NCBI RefSeq assembly: GCF_037042905.1
Contig: NC_087245.1
Coordinates: 32,366,001-32,430,000, forward strand
DNA length: 64,000 nt
Direction of reading: 5' to 3'
Source of the DNA: Lytechinus pictus
Lineage: Eukaryota
Of the stretch, positions 63,880 to 64,000 are shown in pieces. Position 1 is the stretch's first letter. Each line of letters begins with the position of its first letter. A model generated the notes under the pieces. It ran no database searches. It was not told the DNA's origin and saw only the letters and a list, made by a program, of their open reading frames with translations. Both the position numbers and the translations under genes were made by a program.

Positions 63880-64000
63880 ATGTGTGACGACGATGTTAGC
63901 GCTCTTGTCATCGACAACGGATCCGGTATGGTGAAGGCCGGATTCGCCGGAGACGATGCCCCAAGGGCTGTCTTTCCATCCATCGTTGGTAGGCCCCGTC
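63880..64000 (+). CDS. Actin, probably cytoplasmic type; 5' partial ([40 protein letters not shown])
   Basis: Unambiguous actin N-terminus; splice acceptor ttttttctttcag ending at 63856 lies 23 nt before the ATG, consistent with the 5' UTR intron of invertebrate actin genes. Confidence 0.98.

Overview
AT-rich, intron-rich, transposon-dense animal genomic DNA, most likely from a sea urchin or other echinoderm (inferred from the actin N-terminus [16 protein letters not shown] and from tRNA-SINEs with Deu- and Meta-like cores). I assembled three spliced protein-coding genes by hand, checking GT-AG sites and exon phase. (1) The 5' part of TUBGCP5 (gamma-tubulin complex component 5) on the minus strand: six coding exons from 13052 to 806, continuing out of the window. 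(2) An adhesion GPCR on the minus strand: 13 phase-consistent exons from 43251 to 23906, about 1150 codons. Its architecture is unusual: IgGFc-binding-protein (FCGBP) N-terminal-like domain, HRM, GAIN/GPS with an intact HL|T site, then 7TM. Its signal-peptide exon is unresolved. (3) The start of an actin gene on the plus strand (ATG at 63880). The rest is largely non-autonomous mobile DNA: two multi-kb foldback elements with TAG..CTA ends (Academ-like), a self-nested Harbinger-like MITE, hAT-like elements with 5-, 6- and 8-bp TSDs, Tc1-, Kolobok- and Helentron-like elements, SINEs, decayed CR1/L2 LINEs, satellites and microsatellites. Most ORFs in the supplied track are repeat-derived artefacts. 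All family assignments come from recalled motifs, not database searches.
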